A stretch of 64,000 bases of DNA from assembly GCA_051294375.1 (NCBI GenBank), contig CM119265.1, forward strand, positions 20,031,087 to 20,095,086, read 5' to 3'. The notes beneath the pieces are model-generated. The model saw nothing but the letters and a program-made list of their open reading frames with translations. It ran no database searches and had not been told where the DNA came from. How positions within the stretch are numbered: position 1 is the stretch's first letter; each line of letters starts with the position of its first letter. A program made the position numbers and the translations under genes. Shown here piece after piece: positions 1 to 16,102 of this stretch. This stretch comes from Paraspadella gotoi (Eukaryota > Animalia > Chaetognatha).

Positions 1-74
1 CTTGAAAAGATGAAATAGCCTGCTTATCCTGCTCAAGAATTTCACTTAAAGTCTCACTCATATCGTTACCGCAG

Positions 75-528
75 GTAATGACGAAGCAGCTGCAGAGTCG
101 ATCTAACGACTTCGAAAAAGATGGCGAATCCGGTCACATCGGAAAAGCCTCGCTGAGGCGATTGAGAAAGGTGAGTTAAATATGTGAAACTTTTTTTAAA
201 CTTACAAATATAGTTTTCACTTTTAAAAATGTTTTAAAATTTTTTAGAATACGTGAATAAAACGCGCGCTATTTAAGATTTAAGAGAGTCCTCTTTTTTG
301 GCACAGGACTGTAGCTTACTAAGTAATAACTTAAATAACTAATTAGTTACAAAATACTACAAATATTTTCAGGCGTCTTCGCTGGCCCACACGTACATCA
401 CGTCGGGTTCCGGAACAACGACCACATCCGGTTTACCGGGATCTGGCACTCAGACCACGTCAGCAAACGGTTCCGGGAAGAGGTTTTCCATATTCAACGT
501 CTTCAAAGATCGTAAAGCAACTCTTTGA
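75..528 (+). CDS. Last two coding exons (75-170, 373-528) of an unidentified gene entering from the left edge
   Basis: cag|GTAATG acceptor at 74/75, AAG|gtgag donor at 170/171, tttcag| acceptor at 372/373. Spliced frame is open (VMTKQLQSRSNDFEKDGESGHIGKASLRRLRK/ASSLAHTYITSGSGTTTTSGLPGSGTQTTSANGSGKRFSIFNVFKDRKATL*) with TGA at 526-528. Product not recognised. Confidence 0.6.
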
Positions 529-1951
529 TCCAGTGAGGGCATCTCCTTTCGGTTTGGCGGTTCACTCCGGCATCAACTTTGCTGCGAACTCCATCAAACG
601 AGATCAAAAGTGATTTTTATATACTTTAATGAAAAATGACATTTTCATTTACTCAGTTTTGGAATGAATGCCTACCATTTAAAAAAAAATCATACCCGAA
701 GATTTTTCGCATCATAAATTCTTTGTATTCGAGAAAAATCCATAATATCTTGGCTTGTTTCGAAACATAAATAAATTAAAGGATCTCACCTGTATCTTTT
801 TCTGCTTCGTAATTTACATATACTGACAAGTCTTCATCTATTTTCTAAACCTAGTTAAGCTCATCCCTATCACCCTTCCAGACTCAACCTCGTAGATTTG
901 AAATACTACGAGGTGACATTAAACAAAAAACAACAAGATCAGCAACATGTTGCGATTGCCTTAAAAAGAGTGCACTAGATGCGCCATCCTTCGTGCCATA
1001 ACCATTAACTCCATCTACTAACGCATAAAAATATGAACTGTAAAGACTGACGCCTAGGGCGAGTTGAATTATGACATTCGTGTGTTTAAATCTCCACTTT
1101 TTCACATTTTTTAATTTGAAAATAAATGTTTTTAAATTTTTGCAAATGCTTTAAATACTAGTTCTATGTAACTGATTAAAATCAATTCATTGTTGTTGTA
1201 TATACGCTTTTTGTATTCATGAAATTACAATTAAATGCAAACAAATTATTTTTTTTAATCAGTTTGCTGAAATTTTACTTTTTTGAAAAATTATATTTAT
1301 TATTAAGCTCGAGTTAGAAGTCTCAGGAGAGTATCACTATCAGGAGCATGATTTGGTTCACGTTGTTTTTAAGCCGCTTGACGTTTAAAGTAAAGTAGAA
1401 TGTGACGAGATAAATTCATCCGATTTGACTAGACATACATACAATTTCAGAACGGTTCAAAATACAAGAATAAGAACATGAATATGAATAAATACATGAA
1501 CATGCACAGTTTTTACTCACCCCACACTTGGAAACCAATCTTTTTTCCGAGTACCATTTGTTTTTTAATTTAGCCTTTAAAACTGAGAGGGCAGCACCGA
1601 TTGCACTGTAAACTTACGTGGCAAGCTGTTTGTAAAAAGAAGAAAATAGAAAGAAAGAAGGAGATTAACATTGATGTTTCTCGTTCTTATTTTTTCCTTG
1701 ATTTTTTTTTTCGGGATCAATGTGATACAATCTTAATCGTAATTAATACTCGAAAGCCTTGCAAAATTTGTGAATTCCTTAGAAACTTTACTTAGTTTAT
1801 ATCAGGCTGATACAAATCAGAAACTTTTTTGATCTTGATTCTTTTAATTTCACGTGTACCAACAGATTTCGGCCTTAATAATCCTAAACGTCTTGGCCGA
1901 AGTTTCAATGCCAAAGTAGGAAAGAGATTTAGAAACTCGTAAGTAGTTTGA

Positions 1952-4035
<2,084 letters not shown>

Positions 4036-5220
4036 CGCTCCTCCACCTTCGGATTCTCTCTCTCTCTCTCTCTCTCCCCGTCCCCTCCGCCCGTGGAATT
4101 TGCTTTCGTGGAGGGCGGGGAGGGTCGACGTCGCGAACTCATCCGTCATTCCTTCCGTCGACCTTCCGTCGAAGGCGTCGAAATCCTATCGATCGCGAAT
4201 CTTTCCTTTCCTGGTATGGGGACGACCATCGCCGCCTTTTTTTTAGTTCCTTTTTTTTTGCGTAATGATTAGCCTTAGTTGGTTTTTTTTTTATGGAACG
4301 ACAACCCGGCTCTTAAATACTACGTTGCAGAGAGACCGTTCCGCGCGCCCCTATTGACTTCGCCCGATTTTAAAGTTAAGTAAGGAAATAGTTTTAACGT
4401 CTTGACACTACGTTAAGTTAGCTTGAGACGTTGCTCCCCGTTTGAAAGCAACGTTTTTTTAGTCCTTTCGGTGATACCTGAGTAAATTTCTCAATTCAAA
4501 TCATGGATCATGATTGCAATTTGTCCTTGTTTTAAGATGTTGTCGTCCTGTTTCATACGCGATCATTGTTATACCGTTTTCATAGAAATGAAATAAATAT
4601 CTTTTACTCATCCCAAAAAAGCTGGGGGGTTTTTCATAATAGTAAATTTGAAATGCATGCATTGTAGTCAAAGATAAAGCAAGTTGGTGAGCTAATTTTA
4701 TGGGTGTAGCAAAAAGTTTGCTAGTTTTGAAACTGGACGAAATCGAGATGTTTTGATAACTCTGTATTTCAAACTTCAGCGGTCAGTTAATTGTTTTCAA
4801 CGTAAAAAAAATTGTTAATAGATAAGTTAAATTATTCCTTGCCACTTCTGTTTCAGTTTAAAAAAATATTTGTTAGAGGTTAGGTTTCTTTTGTTTGCTT
4901 ATGCCTAGTAATTGAGGCGACTCCTTCCGCATTGCGGTAAAAACCGTTTAGGTTGAAAACAAAAACCACGATTTTTGAAAAAAAATGTTTGAAATTACAA
5001 ACTGGAAAATTGTAAACACTAAACAGTGAATTTAAAGTTTTGCAATATTTATATATTCAAGATATACCTTACTCTTAAACTTAAGTTCCATCTTGGCAAA
5101 AAGTATATCACATAATTGTTGGAGCTAAATTTTACTTTCGCCGACCGTGGATTTGGCGGCTTCTAAAAAACTATTTAAAAATATTTATAGTTAAATTTTT
5201 TTTTTAATTATTATTTAATT

Positions 5221-5271
5221 ACCCTAAACCCTTTTAACCCTAACTACCCTTAACCACCCTTAACCCTAACC
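5221..5271. repeat. Degenerate (TAACCC)n telomere-like tract
   Basis: accctaaacccttttaaccctaactacccttaaccacccttaaccctaacc. Confidence 0.55.
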
Positions 5272-7901
5272 AAAGTAAAAGTAACCCATTGTTAGTTTTA
5301 TTGAATAAAAAATATAGGTAAAATATATTTAATATTTGCTATGCTATTTTTATATTTGTTTATATTTAATTAGGTATACTTTTATACAGCGAATTGAGGT
5401 ATGAGGGTAAAATATATTTTTAAACTTTTAATGCGATATTTTTTCGTCTTACCGCCAATATTGTATATTTTTTTAAAATTACAATATCACCTTCATGAAA
5501 CAAAGTGTGGTGCTTTTGGATTCCAAAATAAGAAAAATTTAAAAAATAATTCAATTTAAAATAATAACGAATAATTCTTTGAGTCATCTCATGTACCGAG
5601 ATAATGAATTAGATAGAGATTACACAATACACATGGGAGTACAGGTACAGTATTTTTATTTACTTTATTTATGTACTCCCATGTGTAATCTCTATCTAAT
5701 AACGAATAATATTAAGAATGGTAGAAAATTAAATATATTTTTTTCATTATTTTTTACTTGAGGTAGTGATCTTTTTTTACCTGTACCTTTTAAATGAATA
5801 AATTTTAAAATATTTTTATTTTTTAAAAATGAGTAAGTTTTTTAATAGATGTCCTCCTCTAAAAATGTGATATACTTTTTGCCTAAATAGTAGTGAGTAA
5901 ACTAAAAAATTAATGGAAAACCTTATTTATTTGCTAATTAGTATGAGAAAAGGTTTTCAATTATTTTTTTAAAAAGTCGGTACTACTTGGTAAGTCTTTC
6001 CGCTTTCTCTGGATCGCCCGTGAAGCCTTGGTTTAGCCTCAGGTTGAGTAATAGTTGCTATAACCATTGAACTGAATCAGCGTATACTGCTAATGTATGT
6101 TGTATAATTATGAAAGATATGGATTTTTATAAATATCTCGTGTGGGGTAAGGTCATTAGCTGATATGCGTGCGTAACTTTTGGCCTATCATAAAAGTAGT
6201 TCGTGATCCGTTCGTTATTTAGATGGTTCCTTTGATAACAGTTAATATGATCCATTTACTTTTTTTTTTCCAATAAATTATTTGGCCTTTTTTACTCGAT
6301 TTCCTTTTTCGCTCGAACGCATCCCGATAATCGACGCTAATCGCCTCTTTGTTCTCGCTCAGTCACAAGTTTGGGTTGTACTTCATGCGTCTCCATGGAA
6401 ACCATAGGACCGTCGGTAAATATACGTCCTATGAAACCGGACGTTTGCCTAAACCGTATTACGTTTAGGATAGAGAGCTGACCGATAGCTTAAAAAAATA
6501 ATATCGAAATACGCATGACATTCATTTTCACCTATTTCTAGTATAGGAAACGAATGGGTTAATAACTTTATTTAAAATGTAATTTAATTTTTTTGTTATC
6601 TCCCTGACGTCTTTCCCTCGTTTTCGGGGGTCACCGTCGTGTCACTTCCCATCCCGGTCCACGCTTCGCTTCACTTCCTCGGAGAAAAAAAAACTTTTTC
6701 CCACACTTGAAATGAAAGGGGCTCAGGTATTCCCCGAGTCCGCTATTCTTCGTCCCCACGAACCGTTAAGCAGAAGGGGGGGGCCGAATGAATCGGGATG
6801 TTGAGGGGTGGAATGGGGGTCGACCCCTTATCCTTATTTAATATTTTTTTATATTGAAAATTGAATGATGGACACCTCCACTTGGCGACTAACGGGGCTA
6901 AATCCTAAGAGGAACATGATGGACCCTGACTTAAAAGGGAAAAAAATTGGCAAATTTTTAAGCTTATATTTTGATACATGAGAGCATGTGCTTAATTTGT
7001 TTTTCTGGGGCCTCAGACAATTTTCTTTGTTTAATGTTCATTTTGTAAAGTTAATTTTGTAGTACCACAAATCATGCCAGACGTGGGACAGCTTTGACAA
7101 AAGTAATAAGAAATTCTATACTATACGTAGTACTTAACATTTAACGTATAGTATAAAGATAAACAGTTTGCATTGCCGTGCATAGAGGGCGAGTTTACGG
7201 TATACAATACACTATACATTAAGCCGACGCAAAAACTTAAAATTATTCTTCAAGTAGCCGCGAAATCTTCCCTCTCTCAGCCAATAGAGGCGCCGCCCTA
7301 TCCCGTGGACATCTCTTTGGAGAGAGCTTGACGAAAACATACAAATTTAAACCATTTCCTCACCTCATCATAATAATGATGTTCTCGTGTAAAATGAATT
7401 CAAAGAACGGACGCAAGTCATTTTGACGTAATTAAGATGTTGTTATTTAGTCACATTGACATTGGGTAAATCAAACATACTGGTTGATATACAAGCTATG
7501 TACATAATTCGAACTTACGTGTATAAAGTCGTAACCTAAAAAATTATCTTAATTACAAGTCCTCTTAACTTGAAATGTTTTTTTCTCATCTCAGGCATAT
7601 TTAGAATTCTATGCACAAAAAATGCGCGCTCTTGTTCATTGTTCAATGTTCATAGTTCCATGATCGTCATCAATTTATCAATGATCACACATGCGTTGAA
7701 ACGGGGATCGACAGCTCGATTTTAAAGTGATTTATATTTTATTTAAGATTCCCTCGCTACAGCTTTGCAGTTATAACTTAAGATTTACAGTAGTTTTTGT
7801 GAGTCGAGTTCGACTTCCGTCTCTCCGATTCATGTACAGATTCGTCATTCGCCATGAAGCCGTCAAGGATAAAAATACTAGGACGAATTTGTCTTTGTCA
7901 G

Positions 7902-7986
7902 ATAGGCCGGGACGAGTGCAATATTGAATTGAACGACTGATTGATCGAAATCAAAACAGAGAACAACATCGCACCGGACCTGACCG
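7902..7986 (-). ncRNA. mir-92: microRNA miR-92 precursor; mature 3p = 7923-7902 (UAUUGCACUCGUCCCGGCCUAU)
   Basis: The + strand ataggccgggacgagtgcaata is the reverse complement of a canonical miR-92 mature sequence (first 20 nt as in vertebrate miR-92b). The 5p arm CGGUCAGGUCCGGUGCGAUG (7986-7967) pairs with it at about 16 of 19 positions including G-U. Confidence 0.9.
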
Positions 7987-10294
7987 CACCGTTAAGACGT
8001 CAAATTAGGTCGACTCTCCCGTTAAAACAATCCGAGGGTTTTCATTATTTCTTGACTTTCGACGAGCTGCTGGTTCTGAGGTCGTCGTCGTCGCGGTTTT
8101 GAATTTCGAGCAATTATTTAAAAAAAAAACTCGAATAAGGGTTTTGATAATAAACAACAGTAAGGAAAGAAACGAGATCGATCGATCGATAGGTCAAAAG
8201 TTCGGCGTTTATTTTGCCTCACTTCTTTTTCCACCTAATGTATACATATAGCTGATTTTGATCGATTCTTACTATTTTATATCATTTAATAACATTAGAA
8301 ATATTTAAAGACCTTTTTTTTTAAATGTTTTTAAAATATGTCGAATTCGCGCGAGAATTTTCGTCGTTGGCAGTTTGAAAATGAAATGAGCGAAGATTCT
8401 GATGGTCGGAGCCAACGTCGCCGTCGCAAAAGTTCCATCGCCAAGGAATGAAGCTTTCGACTGCGAATGAGGACGGAGTCATTGAAGACGACGACGACGA
8501 CGACGACGACGAGAACCTCGCATCCGCGGAAGGATTCGCCGGATTTTTGAAGGCGAAGGTCTCGCGCACCACGACGACGATGACGAAGACGATGACGACG
8601 ATAAGTTCCATCCACCCACGATTCGAACAATAGCGGCCGGAGAAAGAGAGAGAGAGAGAGTCTCCGGTTTTGGCCGAGTTTTCGTCGAAATGAGGGACGA
8701 GAGAACAACCGAAGCGACGTTGCTGGTAGAGGTGGTAGAGGTGGTGGGGGGAGGCGGTGATGGTGGCGATGGTGTCGTTTAAATCAAAACTCGACCGATT
8801 TCTTTTTTCCTTTTTTTTTTCTTTAGGCAAAAAGGTTTTTTTTTTCCTTTTCTTTTTTCAAATTGATGCCATGACAAAAGATGAATAACGACGATAATGA
8901 TGACGATGAATAAGCAACGGACGACGACGAAGAAGAATAAGAGACGGCGACGATGTGGACGGTGAAATGGAAGCGGAAGAAAAAGTTGGACAGGAAATCA
9001 AGGGAAAAAAAAAAAAAAACTAATTAAGATCGCGTTGTTTGGAAAATCTAATTCGACGTCGTTGCTAAGCGATTTTAGTAAATATTGCAGAATTAAATAG
9101 TTGTGATCCGCTATCATTTTCAATGTTTTAAGACTTCTATCTTATTCACTTTTATTCACCATTCGCTCTACCACCGGCGGTCCCCGTCATCACGTGCCCC
9201 GCTCCCTGTTTCTCATTAATAAATCACAACTGTTGCGCCATGGGTGCCGCAGCAACTGTCAATGCTGCAGTCGCCGCAACAGTCGACGCTGTAACCGCCG
9301 CGAGCGGACGAAAACTGCCTCCATAGACGGACCCCGTGGCCCCGATCTGTCGACCCCGTATCCGGCGGCCTTTTCTCACCCCCGTTTGTCACGGCGCTGC
9401 TACGGCGCTGCCACGACCATCGCCGGGACGACGGCCACGCGGAAAGTGTCACGTCCGTGGCAACGAGGGTCGTCACGATGCGCGTCGCATCGGCCAACAG
9501 TTGCCACGCTGGTAGGAATAACGTGGTCCGTTGACGAAACGGTCGACGCCCCCGCCGTGTGACAGTTGCTACGCCGTTTGTCACGCTATTTGCCACGTCG
9601 TCCGCTATGGTGATCGTCACTCACGCTGAAGAATCGTAGAGACGGAGAGTAGGGGAAAAAATAGAATTTTTTTTGGAGTGTGAATGTGTGTGAGAAAACT
9701 TAGTTTTTTACAGAGTGAAAAGAAAAGTGTTTCGGCCGATCGCGTTTCACAGAGAGAAACAATAAATTCACCTCGTTGCCGGCGACGAGGACGACGACAA
9801 CGACGACGACAACGACGGGAAACGAAAATCGCGCGCTGTGTTACGGCACAGGGTTTTTTGTTTTATCTTTTCTTTTATTTCTTTGGGAAACATTTAATTT
9901 TTTAAGGGTTAAAAAAAATTATATTAATCAATATATTTTGCGCAAATCGCCATATAGAAATTTAATCGAACGATGAGATTAATAACGCATTGCTTTTAAC
10001 CATAAAATGATCAGTAATTACCGCTTTAATCCTGACCCTTCCAATTTTTGTCGCGGCTGAAGAACTTTCTGTCCTCGACCTTCCCACCAAAGGAACCCAG
10101 CGAAATCTAATAATCATTAAAGGTCTTCAGAGCTCCGGAGTTTTATTGAGATTCGAAATTGGCAAAAAAAAAAAAAAAAAGAGTTAATTCGAGTTGAAAC
10201 GGAAAAAGAGCAAAGAAACGAAAAATAAGATTAAAAAACGGAGGAGGCGGCCTCAAGAAAAAAAAAAGAGCGCGAGATTATCTCTCTCTTCACA

Positions 10295-10326
<32 letters not shown>

Positions 10327-10582
10327 ATCTCTCTCTCTCTATTTACTCTCTCTTTGGTAAAAGATAAAATATTTTTAACGAGAGAGAAAAAAATTGTTCA
10401 CAGCATTTTTTTCTATTTCTTATCACTAAATCCGTTGTCGCCAAAAAAAAAATGACCGCGCGGTACAAACGTCATCGTTGAAAAATTTAAAAATCTTCTG
10501 AAGCGAAAAAGGGGAGTTTAAAAATAAATTGCGATCCTTATCGCAAATGCTGTCGATCTTTATCATTTGGGAAAACGAGCCA

Positions 10583-10713
<131 letters not shown>

Positions 10714-10976
10714 AGAGAGGATGTTCCTGTTTTCTTTTCAGTTCCGCTAAGACTTAAGACTCCTTGAAATTGATTTACGATAAATGAAAGGAGGAAGAAA
10801 ACCTTTAAAAAATCGCGGAATATTTAGTAAAAAAAAAAAGAGATAATTTTTTTCACTGTTCTTTTAGAACTAAGATAAACTCTCTTTAAAAACAGATAAC
10901 AGAAACGACGGTTCTTTTTGGCTTATCTGGTTTTCTCTTTTGAAATGTTATATTGTTAGCAAAGATCTTAACAAGC

Positions 10977-11007
<31 letters not shown>

Positions 11008-11612
11008 CTTTCTCTCTCTTTCGTTCTCAAATTTCGGGTGAAACCTCGGGCAACGTGAATGAAACTCGAATTCGATGAGTCACTGATTAAACTCAGTTCA
11101 AAAGAAGTTCAGTCGCCTTCGGAGGTTTCTCTCTCTCTCGACCCTCGAACCAAGAACGCGCCATGCTTGTGAGGAAGCTTGGCGGAATAGGAAGAGAACG
11201 ATCTATGGAAGGCCACGTTGGTCGCAGAGGAAGCTTTAAAGAGATTCCTGGAACAGTTGGCATATTTACTTAAAAACAAACGTTATTAATAAATTATGAC
11301 GTGGTTGGAAGATATCTTTGGGATATCAACTATTCCATGCCTTGACGGATTGTCAAATAATACTATTTATAACATGTGTTGAACCGACAAGCATTGGTCT
11401 TACGTGTTTCTGCTTGGTCGACGATTGGCAAGATTTTAAGGCTTCCTGCTTCCTGGAGTTTCGGTTTTAGAGTCCGAAACAATGAGTCATCCAAACTTTC
11501 AGAGGTCGAATTTTCAAAAAAAAAAAAAATTATATTTCCCCTTCGATTTTTCTCCGTCAAAACTCGAATCTTCTCCGTTTTTATATCTTTTAATTTTTAC
11601 GTTTCTAGAAGT

Positions 11613-11644
<32 letters not shown>

Positions 11645-12856
11645 CGGAGAGAGACGGAGCGAGATAGATTGCTCGCTCGCAATATTTCGGCAAGTAAAGT
11701 CTAAAAAATCTCTAAAGAAAATGAAAGCGGTAAAACGAGAGCTGGAAAAATGGAGGGGCTTTTCCCCTGGCGGCGATAATCGATAATAATTGATCGTAAT
11801 TCGTGGTAATTTTTCGATATCGTCGTCGTCGTCGTCGTGGACGTCGTCATCCTATTCGAATCTAAGGGGTGGACCGAGTTTCATGAAACGAAATAGCAAT
11901 GAAATATATTACGAATTAATTGCAAAATGTTATATCCAAGTGCAATAGTCGAAAATGATAAAAACTACATTTTAGAATTAGAAAGATTTTGAGGTAGAAA
12001 AAAATGAAAGAAGCTTACGAACGACCGAAGAAACAAAAAAACCAACGAACGAACGTACTAACGAACGAACGAAGGAACGAACGATTCTAAATTTCTAATA
12101 ATTACACGTCAGAGTCGTTCTCTGAATTATCGATCACTGTACTCGGCGACGAGATGTCCACTCCACTTTTCCCGACGGTCGTTCCAATCGAATAGACTGT
12201 ACGAGGGCGCGCGGTGAAAAAATGATCGGAACGACGACAACGACGACAACGACAACGACAACGACGACAACGAAGTTGAAGACTGAAGAGGTAACGTTGA
12301 AAAACGGTTTCCTCGTGACTGAGTGACAAAGACTCTGTTAAGTCTCGATGAATAATCGATCGATCCTCAGACAGAGAGAGAGAGATGAGAGAGAGAGAGA
12401 AGAGAGAGGAGAGTAGAGAGAGAGAGAGAGACTGTCTGGTTCCACTCCAAAGAAGCCGTGTTCGATTTTCGACCGAACTTACCTCTGCACAACCGGATGT
12501 CATACGTGTCGGCGAAACATGGCGGACATGGAGAACATTCCGGACGATAAAAGAGCTTTCGAAACAAGACTGTGAATATCGGTTTATCGGTCAGGACTTT
12601 AAACGATCTCGAAATTAAATCATCGGTCTGAGCTGAGAACGAATTTCGATCGCTTATCCCGGGAATTTAATCCAATGTTTAAACCCGCCCCGGGGGCACA
12701 GTTCTTTTTCTGTCGTTAGCCGACGCAGTTGTTCACAAGATTTGTAAACTGAAATCTTTTTTTCAAAAGCCAAACTTACCCGCCATAGAAGGTTTGGTAG
12801 GTTTTTTTTTCTTCCGAAGAAAGATTTCATCCGGGGTTTAGCTTGAAAAAAAAAAC

Positions 12857-13004
<148 letters not shown>

Positions 13005-13075
13005 TTGCCGACTTAGACTTGAAAAAAGTATTCGCTCATCACTTTGTTAGCAAATTTAGCAAATAGAGAGAGAAA

Positions 13076-13170
<95 letters not shown>

Positions 13171-14354
13171 GAGGAGTAGGCGTTGGGAACTATGAAGATA
13201 ACAAATCGCGTGAGGAAAACAAACGGTAATTTCAAAAATTTAAAGAAATTCAAAAAAAAAAAATTGTCTGTAATTGAATTTGATGAAAATCGCGGGATGA
13301 TGACGATGATGACGATGATGATGTCCTTGAATGAAATCGAGTAACGATTCAGTTTTAGAGGCGAAATTTCTCTTCCGAACCGAGAATCTATTTGGCTCCA
13401 AAACTGGTTTCTTTTTTCTTTCCTTTTATTTCTTTTTCTTTTTTGGGGTCCCTTCGATTCCTCGTGGCCAGAGACCCCAAAAAAAAAATGACGTCGCATG
13501 ATCGTCAATTTTTGGCGCGATATTTCGAAAATGATGGCGTGGCGCGACGCGGCGTGACGGGACGGGATTAGGATTCCCTTTTATTTTCAACCTATATTAT
13601 TATGTAAGGATTGAAAATTCAAGAATTTCAAGACTTCACATGTCCACATGAAGAGGCGCGGGGTTTCGTTCCTCTTGTCTCTTCCGCCAAAAATGTAAAT
13701 GAGTTACCATAATGCCATCTCATCATGCCATCGCCGTTGCCGAAGTTGATGGTCGTCGAGTTTTATGGCTGAATGAATCGACCCATTAGTCAGTCGGAGA
13801 CTTCCGCCGAAAAGAGTTTGAGATAAAAATTGGGTAAAAAAAACCAAATATATAAATAAGTAAATGTGAAATAAACTTCGGTGTACGTATGTTGAAGAAG
13901 TAAATTGGGAACTCAGCTCGGGAAAATGTTTGTGGTTTTTCGGATCGCGAGTTTTTGTGTGTCTGTTTTATTTTACTTTTTCCCTCAGTTTTTTATGTTT
14001 TCTTACAGAGTGGGAACATTTTCACATTGTTTCCTCAATTCTCACGTCCGACAGTTTTCGATCTACTTTCTTTCTTCTACCAACCTCATTACCTCATTAC
14101 CTGACTAACTTGTACCTACCTTCTCTCACTGACTTTTCAACTCTATTCTCTTTCAGCGATCATTACTTTCCTTTACATATTCTCTTTCTTTTCCCTTTAG
14201 CTTTTACCCTTTACGTCCATTTGCTTTTCTTCCCTTTTCACTTCCATTTTTTCTCGCGACTTCTGCTCTATTGAAACCTGAAAGGGAAATTGTGAATAGG
14301 GAGAAGAATTGCTCGAAGGGATACCAAGGTAAAGGGAGCAGGCAGCCCTGACGT

Positions 14355-14405
14355 GAGACTCGACTGAATGCAGTCTTACTGTTCATTGCACTACATTGCA
14401 GTCTC
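14355..14405 (+). ncRNA. Candidate pre-miRNA hairpin whose 3' arm (14384-14405, CAUUGCACUACAUUGCAGUCUC) carries the miR-92/25 seed AUUGCAC
   Basis: GAGACT/AGTCTC basal stem, TGCAGT/ATTGCA apical stem, ~10-nt loop. The arm is divergent from miR-92 outside the seed and the strand is uncertain. Confidence 0.3.
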
Positions 14406-14589
14406 CAAATTAGATGATGCAACCTTGACCGAAAGCTTACAACAACGACATTCGCTAAATAAGCGAAGGATGAATCCATGACGATGACGACGATGACGAC
14501 GACGACAACGACGATGGTGATGACGTCTGCTAAATTGGAATCGAACATTCAAGACAAAAATCCGTGTTGCTGACCACGTGATAATCACG

Positions 14590-14629
<40 letters not shown>

Positions 14630-15223
14630 TCCTCTCATCTCCTCTCTTCTCTCTCTCTCTCTCTCCCCGTGGTTGCGTCACCGTGATAATAAGATCACGT
14701 GACTTTAGGATCGAAGTTGAAAGAAAAAGGAACCGAAGAAGAAAAAAGAAATAAAAGGGAAAAAAAGAATTTTTAAGAAGTAGAAAAAAAGAAAAAAATC
14801 GGCTCTGCACAGTAATAAAAAAATCTTTTGTTGATCCGCCCCTTTTTCTTTTTTTCCCAAGCTTTTATTTTTTTCCACATATATATTATGTAGAATTTGA
14901 GTCAACTTAAAAAAAATAATATGTAAATAACTAATAGGTAATATTTTCACAAGCATGTTAATATTCAAAAGAATTGAGAAAGTTATTTCGTCCACGTAAA
15001 AGCTTGATTGTAATAATTTTAGAATTACTGTCTGAGATTTTCTTTGGTAACAAAAGCCAATAGTACGAATATAACATTCGTGAACAACTTTGTTCTAAAT
15101 TATGAATTTAAAGGTAGAATGCTGGGACGGAGCTGTTAGCCTCAAGGCTGCTTGTTTTTCTTAAGTTCTTTACGATCGAATCTTCATGATCAAAACAGCA
15201 AATGAGAGGAAAGAACACAACAA

Positions 15224-15296
15224 GCCCGGTTAGCTCAGTCGGTAGAGCACAGGACTCTTAATCCTGGGGTCGTGGGTTCGAGCCCCACATTGGGCG
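15224..15296 (+). tRNA. tRNA-Lys (anticodon CTT)
   Basis: GCCCGGTTAGCTCAGTCGGTAGAGCACAGGACTCTTAATCCTGGGGTCGTGGGTTCGAGCCCCACATTGGGCG: 73-nt cloverleaf, A and B boxes, CAGGA/TCCTG anticodon stem, T-run Pol III terminator immediately downstream. Confidence 0.97.
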
Positions 15297-16102
15297 TTAT
15301 TTTTTCATTAATATTTGACGAAAAGAAGAGCTTAAAATTTTAGTATTGGAATGAAATAATATTTTAGGATCAAAGCAAAGATCTTTTATTATAGTTTCGT
15401 ATAACTTCAAATATAATTGAAACCAGCATTAATTAGTAATATAAAATCAGAATTGCATTAAAATACTTTATTGTCGAAAACAAATGAGTTTTTAATTTTG
15501 TTTTTTTCCTCAGGAACATATCATTGAATCCATTGAGACACCTCACGGTATTTAAAAAAACAAAAGGAGTGAATAACTGAATATATCTTTCCTTTTTTTA
15601 ATGTGAAAGAAATATTCCATACATATTCTCATTTTCTCTTTTATAAAAGTATTTTTATTATTATTATTATCTCTTTTATATAAAAACTTTTTTATAATTA
15701 ACATTATTAATTAAATCCAATAATTGGCCAACATACTGCTTTTATTTCGTACACTTTATCACCTCTGGTTTAAACAGCACCCCGTCACTGTTGAATTGTT
15801 CGCAATAAATTTCAACGTTTTCTGCATTGAGAACACTAAATCTAATTTTCTGTTGACCATAACTTTAAAATGCACTTTAAAGCATATAAATTATAATTGT
15901 ATTATCAAAAATAAAGAGAGGCAAATAATTTGGTTGGCTATAAGAGATAAAACTATAAAATCTGGCGAAACTACGTCTACTTACGCCATTCAAGGAAATT
16001 ATAATTTAAATCGAATTTTTTTTAAATTTCCATAATCTTTTTTATGCGTCTCGAACAAAAGGCTAACTAATATTTTTTTGACGACTCGCTCTTAAAAATA
16101 AT

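Noticed and set aside
5759-5790. TGAGGTAGT let-7-like seed
   Set aside because: The rest of the sequence is unlike let-7 and there is no precursor hairpin.
6865-6910. HDV-like ribozyme fragments (CCTCCAC..GG, GGCTAA)
   Set aside because: P1, P2 and P3 pairings cannot be built consistently.
11925-11950. Other ATTGCAC seed matches (also near 1600, 3338 and 33483)
   Set aside because: No complementary arm at a suitable distance; chance matches or target sites.
13713-13770. ~58-nt imperfect hairpin
   Set aside because: Large internal loops and no known seed; insufficient support for a miRNA.
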